A stretch of 64,000 nt of DNA from Eledone cirrhosa (lineage: Eukaryota). The position numbers and the translations under genes were made by a program. The stretch lies in the NCBI GenBank assembly GCA_964016885.1, contig OZ024742.1, positions 25,668,001 to 25,732,000 of the forward strand, in the 5' to 3' direction. Positions 38,158 through 50,843 of this stretch are shown here, in pieces. Within the stretch, counting starts at the first letter, position 1; the number at the start of each line of letters is the position of its first letter. Under the pieces are notes generated by a model. It was not told the origin of the DNA and did not search any database. It saw only the letters and a list, made by a program, of their open reading frames with translations.

Positions 38158-38716
38158 ATGCCCACACGGAAACGTTCAAGACTTACCTCCAAAAAAGGTA
38201 TAGCTATTGCTTTGAGACAACGAATTAGGCGTTCTCAGGTATGAGTTAATTCACAATTGATTAATCCTTTATGCAATATTCTCCCTTAATGTTAGCAAGT
38301 ACTGCATTTATCCTAACTGTCACCACTTTTAAGCAACTACAACATTCTAATCGTAGTTATATTAAATTTATTGTCTTACCTTGATTCCCTTTTGTTCATG
38401 TTAGACGTTTTTCATTTACTATTGACACTGCCATTGGCTTAGCTAACCAGTAGAATTAATTAATTTTCTCTAGGAAACACCTGCTGAGCGCGAATCTCGA
38501 CTCGCTGATAGACGTCTTTCCCGGCTGGTTGAGTCAACAACATCACGTACGACAAGGCTTGCTGATGTTCGCCTTCGTCGCCAACAAGCGCTGACGGAGG
38601 AATCACCAACATCCCGTCAGACGAGGCTTGAGGCTGTGGCAACGGGCAATAACCCTAGATACAATTTTTATCAACTATTTTTCACCTATAGCAAATTTAC
38701 CGGGACAGGTTTTTAG
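38158..38716 (+). pseudogene. Spliced N-terminal remnant of a Helitron protein (STPR-like repeats)
   Basis: Exon 38158-38238 encodes MPTRKRSRLTSKKGIAIALRQRIRRSQ. A GT..AG phase-0 intron spans 38239-38473. The next exon encodes ETPAERESRL..ESTTSRTTRL..ESPTSRQTRL, with a stop at 38714-38716. Confidence 0.6.
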
Positions 38717-39218
38717 CTACTCAAATCTACTTCAGAGATCACGCATTGTTGTAAAAAATCAATAAAACTGAAGCGGGGCTCGACTTTGTGCAAAAAAACA
38801 AGGCAAAGTTACACATGGGAAAACTTTTTACAGGAACGTCCTATATTCTTGAAAACTGTCACAAAAGACTCGCCATTATGCCGCGGTTAAGATAAAGGCC
38901 CTTTTAATTCTTCTTCTGCACATGTGAGCGCAAAAATTGTAAAAAAAAAAAACCTGAAAGTAATCGACATTTTCACCCTGCTTTAAATTAACTGAACATT
39001 CAATATCAAGCGATTTTGACTTCCGTCAGTCGTGCAGAGAACAATTTCAACGATACACTGTGTAACTACAATTAATAAATTACACACCTGTGTCTACTAA
39101 CCTATTTTTTTCCATTGAAGTTCGAAGTTTTGAACCTGTGTGCGCGGGAAGTAACTTTCACACATTCTAACAGACCAAAGGTCGACTTACGCCCGGGCAA
39201 CGCCGGGTACTTCTGCTA

Positions 39219-39264
<46 letters not shown>

Positions 39265-39268
<4 letters not shown>

Positions 39269-41975
39269 TTGCGAGGTTTTTTATATGAAATCGTGTGTCG
39301 AAACAAATATTGTTATACTTGGGGAGAGTCATATTTGTGTAATATTGCCAGAATTAATAACAGAACACACTCACTGTTTGGTTGGTTTTCGCTTCTCGCT
39401 TCTGTGTCTTTTATATCGGTAATCTAACTTACTTGGTCCTCAATGTTGCCATTCACTGACCGACGGTCAAAAATAATACAGATACAATATAGACACAAAC
39501 ACATATATATAGTTTATCATAGATCTTTCGTTGCATATCTGCAACATCGTCAGTAGTGCTATCTTTTCCTCCTGTTGTATTGTATGTCTACGCCATTTTT
39601 ATTCAGTCTGTCTATATATTTATTTATTTATTTGCTTGTTTGTTTATTTTATTTTGCCTTCTTTGCGCATGCGTTTGCGTGTGTGTATAGTGTTTTGTTT
39701 GCTGTGTGATGGGTGACTAGTGTGTGTTTATGTGCTTGTTGTTATCGTGTTGTGTATTTATTTATTTATTTATTTATTTAATTTTATTTACTTATTTATA
39801 CTTCTCTTAGGTCAGTGTTGTTTGTTTGGGTGTTGTTGTTATTCCATTCATTCTTTCTGTTTAGTCTTGGTCATCTAATTTCTATTTCACTGGCCTCTCT
39901 GATTTGCCTATCTACTGGGGTCATTCTATGTTTAGATATTATTCTAAATTCTATGTTGTCTATGTTACCGTCATGTTGTTGTCTAGCATATTCGTATATT
40001 ACTGACCCGCTATTCCGTCCTTTTAGTTCCCCCCAGTGTTGGTCTATCGTTTCACCTATGCTACGAGCTGTCTCACCTATGTACGTTGTTGTCATGTTTC
40101 TGCAAGTACCCTCTGTACATCTTATGCTATAGACTAGGTTTCTAGTTTTACAGTTTATCCGGGGTTTACCTTACATATGATACATTTCCTATTGGTACAG
40201 GGGGTTTTCATAAAAGGGTAGGTTTTGCTGATCAGGGATTTTCTGGTGGTTCCTGGCTTTTCTACCACCTTAATTTTTAAGTGGGTCTTTCTCAGGGCCT
40301 TTCTACACTGGTTAGCCAATTTCCCTCCAGGGGTGGCGTCCACAAACATGACACTCTGATATCTCTGGTTGTCGTACCATGAGGTGGCTTTCCTTATCTT
40401 ATGTCTAGCCCTATCTAAGCTATTCCATGATTTGCTCCTGTATAATGGGCAAATTCCTTTCATGTCCAGTTCTATGAGGGTCTTATACTTCTCCATGGTT
40501 CCTTCGTATACTCTGACTCTGTCTCTTTGGTTGTAGCCAGAGAACTGCATGCGGTTGATGAAGTGTTGGATGTGTCTTTCCATTTCTGTTGGGTCGCACA
40601 TGCGGGACACATTCTTCATCACTCGTACCAAATCTGCGATCAGAATATTAAACTTAGCACTACTGGACATTGCTGAGTTTTTGAGTATCAGGTATTTGGA
40701 GGCCATGGGTTTAGCATAGTGTGAGTGGAGAATTTGGGCTCTCTCGTCTATAGTGTTAATCCAGTGTTCTGTGTCTAATACAGGTAATCTATTGTTAGGG
40801 TGTTTGAAAGGGAAGTCGATAGTTACAGTTATACTCTGGTGTATGGAATTAGCTATCTGCTGAATGCTTGCCATCGTACTACGTTCTAAATCAAACTTGG
40901 TAGTGCTCTCAAGTGGGGGTGTTCTTATAACTATATTGATATCGTCTACATAACGAGAGTACATGATGAGGTCTATGGAGCTCTCATTAAGGAGATCTTT
41001 AAATCTCCTTTCCCACCATACCATGAAAAGATTGGCAACATCACCAGCTATGCTGACGCCGATGGCTGCTCCCTCATTTTGGGTGTAGATCTTCTCGTTG
41101 AACTTAAATATGTGGCCCTTTAGGGTAGTTTTGATACTAGCCCCTATTGCATGTGCGACCATTTTCTTACCTGATCATTGTTTTGGGGGGTCCGTATAGC
41201 TTTGGTCCACCCAATCCACCTTCCCATGGGAGTGTTTTTTGCCATTGAGATTATGGTGGGGTGTCTACGTCTTACAGGTCTACTAGGGCAGAAACGTCTA
41301 AGGTCATGGCTGTCTAGGTAGTCAGTGTCGTAGGTAGGTCTAAGTAGGAGGCCCAGTTCGTCTGTGTCGACGTCGCAGAACTCCACCTCACTCTCAATGA
41401 TCATCTCCACATCTTTTCACAGCAAAATCAATGTTAATGGATGGGTACAGGGACACCACATCCATGCTGCCTATGATGCAGTTGGATAGGTTCCTGTTTT
41501 TGTTGCACTCACTGATTCTGCTGAGGAGGTCCTCTGTACTGTTACATACATCTGGGAACATCTTAATAATCAAAAACCATTGAGAGGAAGTAGAAGATCC
41601 TGTAGTTACTAGCTATATTAGCTCCGCATACTGGTCTTGTTGGTGGTCCTGTTGTCGGGTCGTCGACTGTCTTGTGGTCTTTGCGGAGCCCATACAAGGG
41701 TGGTATGCCATTGTTAGACGCCTGGAAGTTGTTGGCAGTGCGTCTGCTTGGCCTTAGGATGTCAGTCCACATCATCATGTGAGCGTTGATGATTTTCTCT
41801 CTCCCATCGTGTGTTTGTTGTGCAATTTCGCTCGTGTTGGTGATGATAAGAAAATCAGAGATGCCAGTGAAATAGAAATTAGAAGACCAAGACTAAACAG
41901 AAAGAATGAATGGAATAACAACAACACCCAAACAGACAACACTGACCTAAGAGAAGTATAAATAAGTAAATAAAA

Positions 41976-42011
<36 letters not shown>

Positions 42012-42210
42012 ATTTAACACAAGCGCAATAACAACAAGCACATAAATACACACTAGTCACCCATCACACAGCAAACAAAACACTATACACACACGCAAAC
42101 GCATGCGCAAAGAAGACAAAATAAAATAAACAAACAAGCAAATAAATAAATAAATATATAGACAGACGGAATAAAAATGGCGTAGACATACAATACAACA
42201 GGAGGAAAAG
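39265..42210 (-). mobile_element. 5'-truncated sister copy of the 17.6-21.8 kb PLE with an inverted 3' duplication
   Basis: 39265-41843 is closely similar to ~17600-20182 (RT + GIY-YIG, frameshifted). ~41850-42210 is the reverse complement of ~39565-39905. Confidence 0.92.
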
Positions 42211-42272
42211 AATTAAAAAAACAATAAACGTAATGAAGGAGTAAAGAAATGTCCTGGTTTTATTTTATTTTA

Positions 42273-42360
<88 letters not shown>

Positions 42361-42364
<4 letters not shown>

Positions 42365-42576
42365 TTTCTGAATTTGTTCAGCAAGATTCTTTATCTGAAA
42401 ACGTGTGTTGAAACCGATATTGTTATACTTTGGGAAGGTCATGTTGCCAATAAGAAACACACGCACCAATTGCTTTCACTTCAATTTATTATAAATTTAA
42501 TTTATAATAAATTGAAGTGAAAGCATTTGGTGCGTGTGTTTCTTATTTGGCAACATGACCCTCCCAAAGTATAACT
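42361..42576. mobile_element. Palindromic pLTR fragment of a related PLE subfamily
   Basis: Near-perfect hairpin 42422-42575. Minus strand encodes MTFPKYNNIGFNTRFQIKNLAEQIQKRY, homologous to [28 protein letters not shown]. Confidence 0.8.
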
Positions 42577-42679
42577 ATATATATATATATATAAGTATAT
42601 ATATATATATAAGTATATATATATATATATAAGTAAGTATATATATATATATATAAGTATATATATATATATATATAAG

Positions 42680-42751
<72 letters not shown>

Positions 42752-43092
42752 TATATATATATATATATATAAGTATATATATATATATATAAGTATATAT
42801 ATATATATATAAGTATATATATATATATATAAGTATATATATATATATATAAGTATATATATATATATATATATATAAGTATATATATATATATATAAGT
42901 ATATGTATATATATATATATATAAGTATATATATATATAAGTATATATATATATATATATATATAAGTATATATATATATAAGTATATATATATATATAT
43001 ATATATAAGTATATATATATATGTATATATATATATAAGTATATATATATATATATATATAAGTATATATATATATATATATATATATATAA

Positions 43093-43168
<76 letters not shown>
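42576..43168. repeat. Compound (TA)n microsatellite periodically interrupted by AG
   Basis: (TA)n-AG units of ~18-30 bp over ~590 bp. Confidence 0.95.
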
Positions 43169-43170
<2 letters not shown>

Positions 43171-43370
43171 AAAAGATAACAAGGACGATTGGTTACTCCT
43201 TCATTATATTTATTAGTAGGTGACACGCATTTCGCCACTGATCAGCTCAAGGTTCGATCTGTATCGATCTTACCGGACTTAACGTTCGGCAGCTAGACGG
43301 ATCCTTTAAAATGCTATAAGATCGAGTGCTCTCCCGGGTGAACCTGCAGTAACTCCAAGTTACACTCTCT

Positions 43371-43437
<67 letters not shown>

Positions 43438-43934
43438 ATCTACAGTTTCACTAGTAACTAGAACTTGCAATGTTCATGTTTTCCAGCTGCTGTCAATTAA
43501 ACATACTTTATGTGATTTGGTTCCAAACACCAAATCGGAAATCCCATCACGAAGTCCTTTCGCCGAACACAAGCGTTTACGTCTTGTTGTCGGCCATAAG
43601 GAGATGGACAAACAATAGCAAGTGACTATTGCTGACTGCTGACACATACTGTGAATATGATTGACTATGCTTTATATGAATAACATACAGCAAACTAATA
43701 CTGAAGAAAAAATACTAATGTATTGATGACTCCTTCAGAAAAGCAATATGTTTATATCTTTATATCGATCTCTTGAATACTAAATACACATCAAGACAAT
43801 GGGGGATGGAAGTTGTTTAAAAGAAAAGTTTATTTTTGTTGTGGAAGTATACAAGAAATGAATGAAAAAACATATTCAAGGAAGAAGAAAATAAAACTGT
43901 TTGGATGTAGTAAAACATGTCAATGATAATGATA

Positions 43935-44288
43935 ATAATAATTGTTTCTACTTTAGGCACAAGGCCAGCAATTTGAAGGGAAAGGGAAAGTCGATTAAGA
44001 CGACTCCATTGTATTACTGATGCTTTATTTTATTGACCCCGTAAGGATGAAAGACAAAGTTAATTTTGCTGGGATTTGAACTCAGAACGTAATAATAATA
44101 ATAATTGTTTCTACTTTAGGCACAAGGCCAGCAGTTACCCACTGCATTGCTGGTACTTTATTTTATCGACCCCGTAAGGATGAAAGGCAAAGTCAACCTC
44201 AGTGGGATTTGAACTCAGATCGTAAAGGGACGTCACTATGCTGGAAATAATGGCGTCCGACCCTCTACCGATACTGCCAATCCACCGT
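43935..44288 (-). mobile_element. Two tandem tRNA-derived SINE copies
   Basis: Reverse complement of the SINE at 15445-15640, each with an (ATT)n tail. Confidence 0.75.
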
Positions 44289-44305
44289 AATAATAATAAT
44301 AATAA

Positions 44306-46621
44306 TGGTTTCTTTATTGGCCACAAGGGCTAACATGAAGAAATACATTACAGACGGCACAGAACAGTACAGGACGATACAAAGTGGGGTTTCGTCGTGT
44401 AAACAGGTTATAATGAGATAGACATCGGGATAGAAATAAAACAAATTCAAACAAAAAAAGTTCCCCCAAAAGGTGGAAACCTCCGAGGATCACTCGTGGC
44501 GAAAACCACACATAAGACCATGGCCACACTGACCACCTCGGCAAGCGCCCTCTCTCAGTTTTCCCACTTCTTAGTCTACAGGCGCATACTCAGAGCGGAA
44601 TCGTTTACTCGGACCAGTCTCGCCACTTTCACCCACCTTTCAACAAACTTACTAGAAGACAGCACTTGCCTCTCCACCCTGATCTTCCTCTTCAAGTGAA
44701 ACTTGAAAAGGTTAATCAGGGATTGGCCGAAGAGGAAAGTGTCCGTCTTCAACCCTTTCAACTTTATCCACCACACGATCTCTTTCGCCATGGCCACCAG
44801 GCAATGAAAACTGCCTGCCCTTCCTCCTCTTTAAAGGAGGATGGCGGGGCTGTCTGCACAATGGACTCGGTCGATAACCGGATCCGTCCTACACGCGACA
44901 GCAGCTGTTCGACATAGCTCCACAAGTCAGCAATCCTATAGCACTGAACGAGTGCGTGCAGGACGGCTCGGCTGACAGCACTTCCGTGCCTGTAGAGCTT
45001 ATCCTGAACCGGCAAAGCTCCCCTGTAGCACTGCCCGAGCAGGGATCTCTGGAAATTGTCCATAGGCCTCGGTCTGAAAGTTCTCTTGAAGAGAACGAAG
45101 AGCTGATTGTCTTCGACGCCCAGGATCTCCCCGAGAACGTCGTCGCTCTTTCCCTTCACTAGATCTCTATAGAACGCCGAGGTGGATGTTCCACCGATAC
45201 TAGTGCCCAGCTGGTAGGGGGCGGTGAGCGCTTGGAGACATTCTAGCTTCCAAGCGCTATCCCTCGGTCTTTTCCTGATCCAGGACTGCAACTCCGTCAA
45301 GGAGACGAGGTGGGGAAAAGCGCGTCTGGCAAACGGCGACTACACCTGTTCACCGCCAAGGAAGCACCAGAGATATCGCAGCCTCAGCGCATGTTTGCGC
45401 ATCATCAACCACAGCCTGCCTAGTCCTCCACCAACGGGTGTTGACAGGAAACGCAACGTCTGACCATGGGAGTACGTCTCTTCCACAAAAATCGGAAGAG
45501 AAGTCGCTCCATTTTGGTCAGAATTGGGCGGGGGCAAGGCACAACGGTCAGGCGGTAGCAGACGACGGATGCGATGTCCGCATTCGCCACCTCCGCTCGA
45601 GCTTTCAGAGACAGCCTCCTCTCTGCACCTTTCTGGGTGAGAGAGGCCACCCTCCTCGTCACCTCGCTCCAGTCTTTCTCTATCTGGAGGTCTGGATCGA
45701 ACCAGACCCCGAACAATTTAACCGGTCCTTTCGTCCAGCACCCCAATATGACACGATGCATAGGCGCCGATGCTCCATGATATTAGATAGGGTGGTGAGG
45801 TAACCATATTTTTTTATCATTCTCTTGGTTCAACTCAATTCTTCCTGGCTTACCTCAACCGTTTCATTTTTGTTTGCCGCTTTAGCAAACGACACAATTG
45901 GTTTTGCACTGGTGTTGATGTTATTGTTGTTATTCTCATTGTTGCTATTGTTGCTGTTGTTATTGTTATTTTTGCTATTACTATTTTTAGTTTCAGTTGT
46001 GGTGGTGGTGATGGTGTCAGTGGCGGTCAGCGTGGAAGAGTCAATTTTCGGAGAATCCATTTCGATATCACGAGATAATTTTTTTTTTTCAGTAGTTGCT
46101 GTGGTGGTGGTGGTGGTGGTATCATTGGTGTTGTTTGTTCTTTTTGACATTGTGTTGGTGGGGATGGCGACTTTAACACCTATAGTCATTGGTAATGGCG
46201 GGAAATCCATGTCTGTATTTGACAAATCTAAATAATTGCCACTACCATTACTTATATTTTCAATGTTGGCAACCGTAGCAAAGTTTATAATGGTGCTGGT
46301 TGTGGGAGATGTTAGTCTGTTAGAAACGCTGTCAGCAAATTTGAGTGGCTGAATGTCGTCCATGTTTTGTTTTTTTTCAAAGTACACATTTGGTTTTGGC
46401 TGGTGTTGATGTTGTCATTATTCTTGATGTTGTTATTCTTATTTTTTTTTATAAAATAAAGTTTAAATTTTGGGCTCAAGGCCCCAATATTATTGAGTAT
46501 CCTTTTCAGAAGGCAATATATGTGAACTTATAAACACTTAACAACAAAAACTTTCCATGACTGGCAATTTGAAAGAAATGAGTGGAGCTCACGATAATAT
46601 GATTTCCTACGTAGGTCGCCA
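44306..46621 (-). mobile_element. Tx1/L1-clade LINE, internally deleted (putative 5' region/ORF1 start joined to ORF2 3' part)
   Basis: VKLFGVWF...ERRLSLKARAEVAN...LFRFLWK...QHPL and GALPVQDKL. 3' end CCCTTGTGGCCAATAAAGAAACC(ATT)n. A Thr/Asn-rich ORF at 45830-46387 is the putative ORF1 start. (AAT)n on both flanks. Confidence 0.75.
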
Positions 46622-46644
46622 ACAATAATAATAATAATGATTTA

Positions 46645-47630
46645 ATTTATTGGCCACAAGGGCTGACATACAGGGGACAATACAAAAGACTGGGACAGTG
46701 GGGTTTTACAGAAAAATCGAGTAAACAATATAAATAACAATAACAAAGTAACAATAAAGTAACAATAACATTACAAGAAGAAAAAAATCCCCAATAGGGG
46801 GGATGACCCCCCAGGCTTCGCTCAGGAAACCCACCAATCCTGAACAACGCGACGCTTCGAGAGCACCCTGGAAAGGCACCCCCTCTCATCCTCAAATTTA
46901 CCTACCTATAGCCGCATGACCAGAGTAGGCCCACTCACACGGGCCATTTTCGCCACATTCACCCACCTTTCAGCAAAAGTTCTGGGGGGCAGCACTTCTT
47001 TCTCCACCCTCACCTTCTTTTCCAAGTAAAACTTGAAAAAGTTGATGAGGGATTGACCGAAGAGAAAAGTGTCTGTCTTGAGTCCTTTCAACCTCGTCCA
47101 CCACACAACCTCTTTCGCTACTGCCACCAGAGAGAGGAAAATTGCCTGCCCTTCCTGGCCAAAAGAAGGCGGCGGGTCGATCTTCACTATGGACTCGGCC
47201 GATATCTGGATCCGTTCTACAGCTGTTCAACAAAACTCCACAAGTCAGTAATGCACGGACACTGGACGAGTACGTGCAGAACGGTTTCGTCGCTCTGCGC
47301 GCATCTCGGGCAGGTTCGTTGACAGCACTTCCGTGCCTGTAGAGCTTATCTCGAATCGGCAGTGCCCCCCGGTAACACTGCCAAGCGAGTTACATGGCTC
47401 AGCCATGTTTTTTTTTCTCCTTAAATTTATTAACATGTAAAAAAAGTTCAAATATTAAATTTATTAACATGTAAAAAAAGTTCAAATATTTGGGCCAAAA
47501 GGCCAAAATATTATACTTTCCCTTTCACGGCGTATAACCCTTACACAACCAGAAATATTTAACAACAAATAATTTTAACAGGCAAATAAAGCGACTTACT
47601 GGGAGCGAGCAAAATACGTCCGATTAGACC
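46645..47630 (-). mobile_element. Second Tx1/L1-like LINE, internally deleted
   Basis: 46645-47390 is homologous to 44310-45040. 47400-47630 resembles the 5' region 46440-46620. Bounded by (AAT)n. Confidence 0.7.
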
Positions 47631-47665
<35 letters not shown>

Positions 47666-47667
<2 letters not shown>

Positions 47668-47900
47668 GTTTCTTTATTGGCCACAAGGGCTAATGCGTTC
47701 TTTATTCATCACAAAGGTTTATATAAAGATCCAGGACGTAGGAAAGCTGCCTGCCCTTCCTAAAGGAAAGAAGTCGGTGTGACTATCGTCACAACGGTCT
47801 TGGCTGATAACTCATCCATCTCATACGGGATAACCGTTGTTGGACAAAACGCCACTACTCATCAATTTTTGGACACGGATTAAGTGCATACAGATTGATT
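47666..47900 (-). mobile_element. Third Tx1/L1-like 3' fragment
   Basis: Same 3' end GGTTTCTTTATTGGCCACAAGGGCTAA after (AAT)n, plus a diverged ORF2 segment. Confidence 0.55.
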
Positions 47901-47989
47901 TAGGGGTGAAAAAGTTTTCTAGCTCGAAACGGACATATGACTAGTTTTGTCATGTAAATATAGGCTTTTGATTTAGGCATATGGTTAAC

Positions 47990-48175
47990 TGAGTTTGGGG
48001 AAGGGGAAATCGATTAAATTGACCCCAGTTCGTTACTGGTACTTTATTTTAACAACCATGTAAGGATGAAATGCAACGCTAATCTCGGCGGGATTTTAAA
48101 TAAGAAGGTAAAAGGCTGTAACTCTATTTTGAAGCATGGTGTCCGACGTTCTAGCTATTCTACCAATCGAATTCA
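47990..48175 (-). mobile_element. tRNA-derived SINE
   Basis: Diverged reverse-strand copy of the SINE core (CTGGTACTTTATTT...GTAAGGATGAAA...GGCGGGATTT). Confidence 0.6.
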
Positions 48176-48936
48176 CCATCCTTTGAATGATAATAATGAT
48201 TTCTAATTAAGGCACAAAGTCAATAATTTGCAGAGAGGGAATAGTTTATTTTTCTGACACCTGTATTGCATTTACTGATACAATATTTATAGTAGAGTTA
48301 TTATCTAGAATTCAGTTCAGTTTGAATAAATGAAGTCAAACCTATCATAGGACTGCAACGGTGGAGCAGATATTGTCATTTCAGCCTTTCAAAAAAAACA
48401 AAAAAAACTAAGATATGTTTAGTTGTCGGGGTTATAAGTCATTAAATGAAACCTGTTCACCACTAACTGATGAACGTGTAAGTTAATTACAACTGGATTT
48501 CAATTCAGAAGGATCTTAAAGAACTTAATAATATAGAGACAACGCTTTGACGTTTCTCTCACTTTACCGTCTTATTGAAGAAGGTACATCAATGGTAGAA
48601 TGAAAGGAATTTTAACCTATGACATCTTACACTCTCCTAACGCCATTATAGCACAGTCACACTAAATCTACAGCTATAGCTTGTATTTAAACGCAGGAAG
48701 CGTCCATGTTATACGAAGACAGTAACCTCTTAGTTAATGGATAGAGTTACCTTTTATCACGTTCATTATAAAACTCTAGTGTTTCCTTATAAACGGGTAG
48801 AGTGCGTCTTCAACAGATCTTATGAAAAGCTGATTACCCCAAAGAACGGAAATATCTGAGAAAGAAAGGAAGAAAAAAAACAAAGAAGAATAACGAATTA
48901 TGAAAGCGAAAACGATAAGGAAAAGTTGCGAAAAAC

Positions 48937-48973
<37 letters not shown>

Positions 48974-49118
48974 CATACATACACACATATATATATATAT
49001 ATACATACATATGAATATATATATACATACATACATACATACACACATATATATATATATATATACTTACAAATGTATATATATACATATGTATAGATAT
49101 ATATATATATATATATAC

Positions 49119-49208
<90 letters not shown>

Positions 49209-49253
49209 GTATATATATATACATATGTATATATATATATATATATACATATG

Positions 49254-49322
<69 letters not shown>

Positions 49323-49715
49323 CTGAGAGAGAGAGAGAGAGAGAGAGTGGAGATATGACAAAAAAAAAAAATAATGAAGAACCGAAAGAGTGCGTAAAGT
49401 GATAGGTTTTGAAAGCAAATCATATATATATAAGTTAAGTAGGAAAATTAAATAGAAGGAGGTTGACGATGGAAGCCGTAATGCAATAACATTTTCGAGT
49501 CTTATAAATGGCTTCTCATCAAGACAGCTATGAAATTATTAGCTTAAAGATGGGAATTAAATGGAAATTCTTACTGAAGAATAAAGTAATTCTAATAATA
49601 CTCAAGTAAATCTTTACCATTTGAAGTAATGTATGATCGATCTTACAGCCAGGATCAATTATGTTTTTATGAAACACTTGTTCAGTTTACCGCCATATAT
49701 ACTTTGTGTGTATAA

Positions 49716-49786
<71 letters not shown>

Positions 49787-49798
49787 TATTAATATATA

Positions 49799-49837
<39 letters not shown>

Positions 49838-49849
49838 TATTAATATATA

Positions 49850-49890
<41 letters not shown>

Positions 49891-49902
49891 TATTAATATA
49901 TA

Positions 49903-49967
<65 letters not shown>

Positions 49968-50017
49968 CATATATATATAGTAATATTAATATATATAATA
50001 ATATTAATATATAAATT

Positions 50018-50130
50018 ATAAATCCCGCCGAGGTTTACTTTACCTTTCATCCTTACGGGGTCGATAAAATAAAGTACCAGTAATACACGGGATTAATTGC
50101 TGGCCTTGTGCCAAAAGTAGAAACAATTAA
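50018..50130 (+). mobile_element. 5'-truncated SINE
   Basis: AATCCCGCCGAGG...TCATCCTTACGGGGTCGATAAAATAAAGTACCAG...GTGCCAAAAGTAGAAAC. Confidence 0.75.
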
Positions 50131-50155
50131 TATATATATATATATAGTAATATTG

Positions 50156-50192
<37 letters not shown>

Positions 50193-50306
50193 CAGTAATA
50201 TATATATATATATATATACAAACACACGCACATATTTATATATATGTAATTGTGCGTGTGTGTCTATGTGTGTGTTTGTGTGTATGTGTATGTGTATGTG
50301 GGTATA

Positions 50307-50358
<52 letters not shown>

Positions 50359-50506
50359 TAGAGGGAGATACATGTTCGTTGCGAAAGAGTTTGTACATAC
50401 ATACAGACAGACATATAGTATGCCACTTGTATATGTGTATAGGCATAATAGTGCATATGTGTCGTTTTCAGTATTCTGTGTTTGTCAACATTGTATGTAT
50501 GTGTGA

Positions 50507-50588
<82 letters not shown>

Positions 50589-50761
50589 CGTGTGTTGCAT
50601 CTGCGAAGTAACCCCTTAGCGAAAGTGTGCTCATATTTTGTAAGCCCATCATCCTACGCAAACCCATCATACACAACTTAAGCTCTACATATATACGCAT
50701 GAACATATACATAAACAGTCATGTATATTCCTACACATACGTATGCATGTATATATGTGGT

Positions 50762-50843
<82 letters not shown>

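Larger units (their letters stand above)
35613..39219 (+). mobile_element. Helitron deletion derivative (outer element)
   Basis: A|TCTATATATATAAAG 5' end. 3' hairpin CCCGGGCAACGCCGGG followed by CTAG|T. Retains exons resembling a RepHel N-terminus. Confidence 0.8.
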
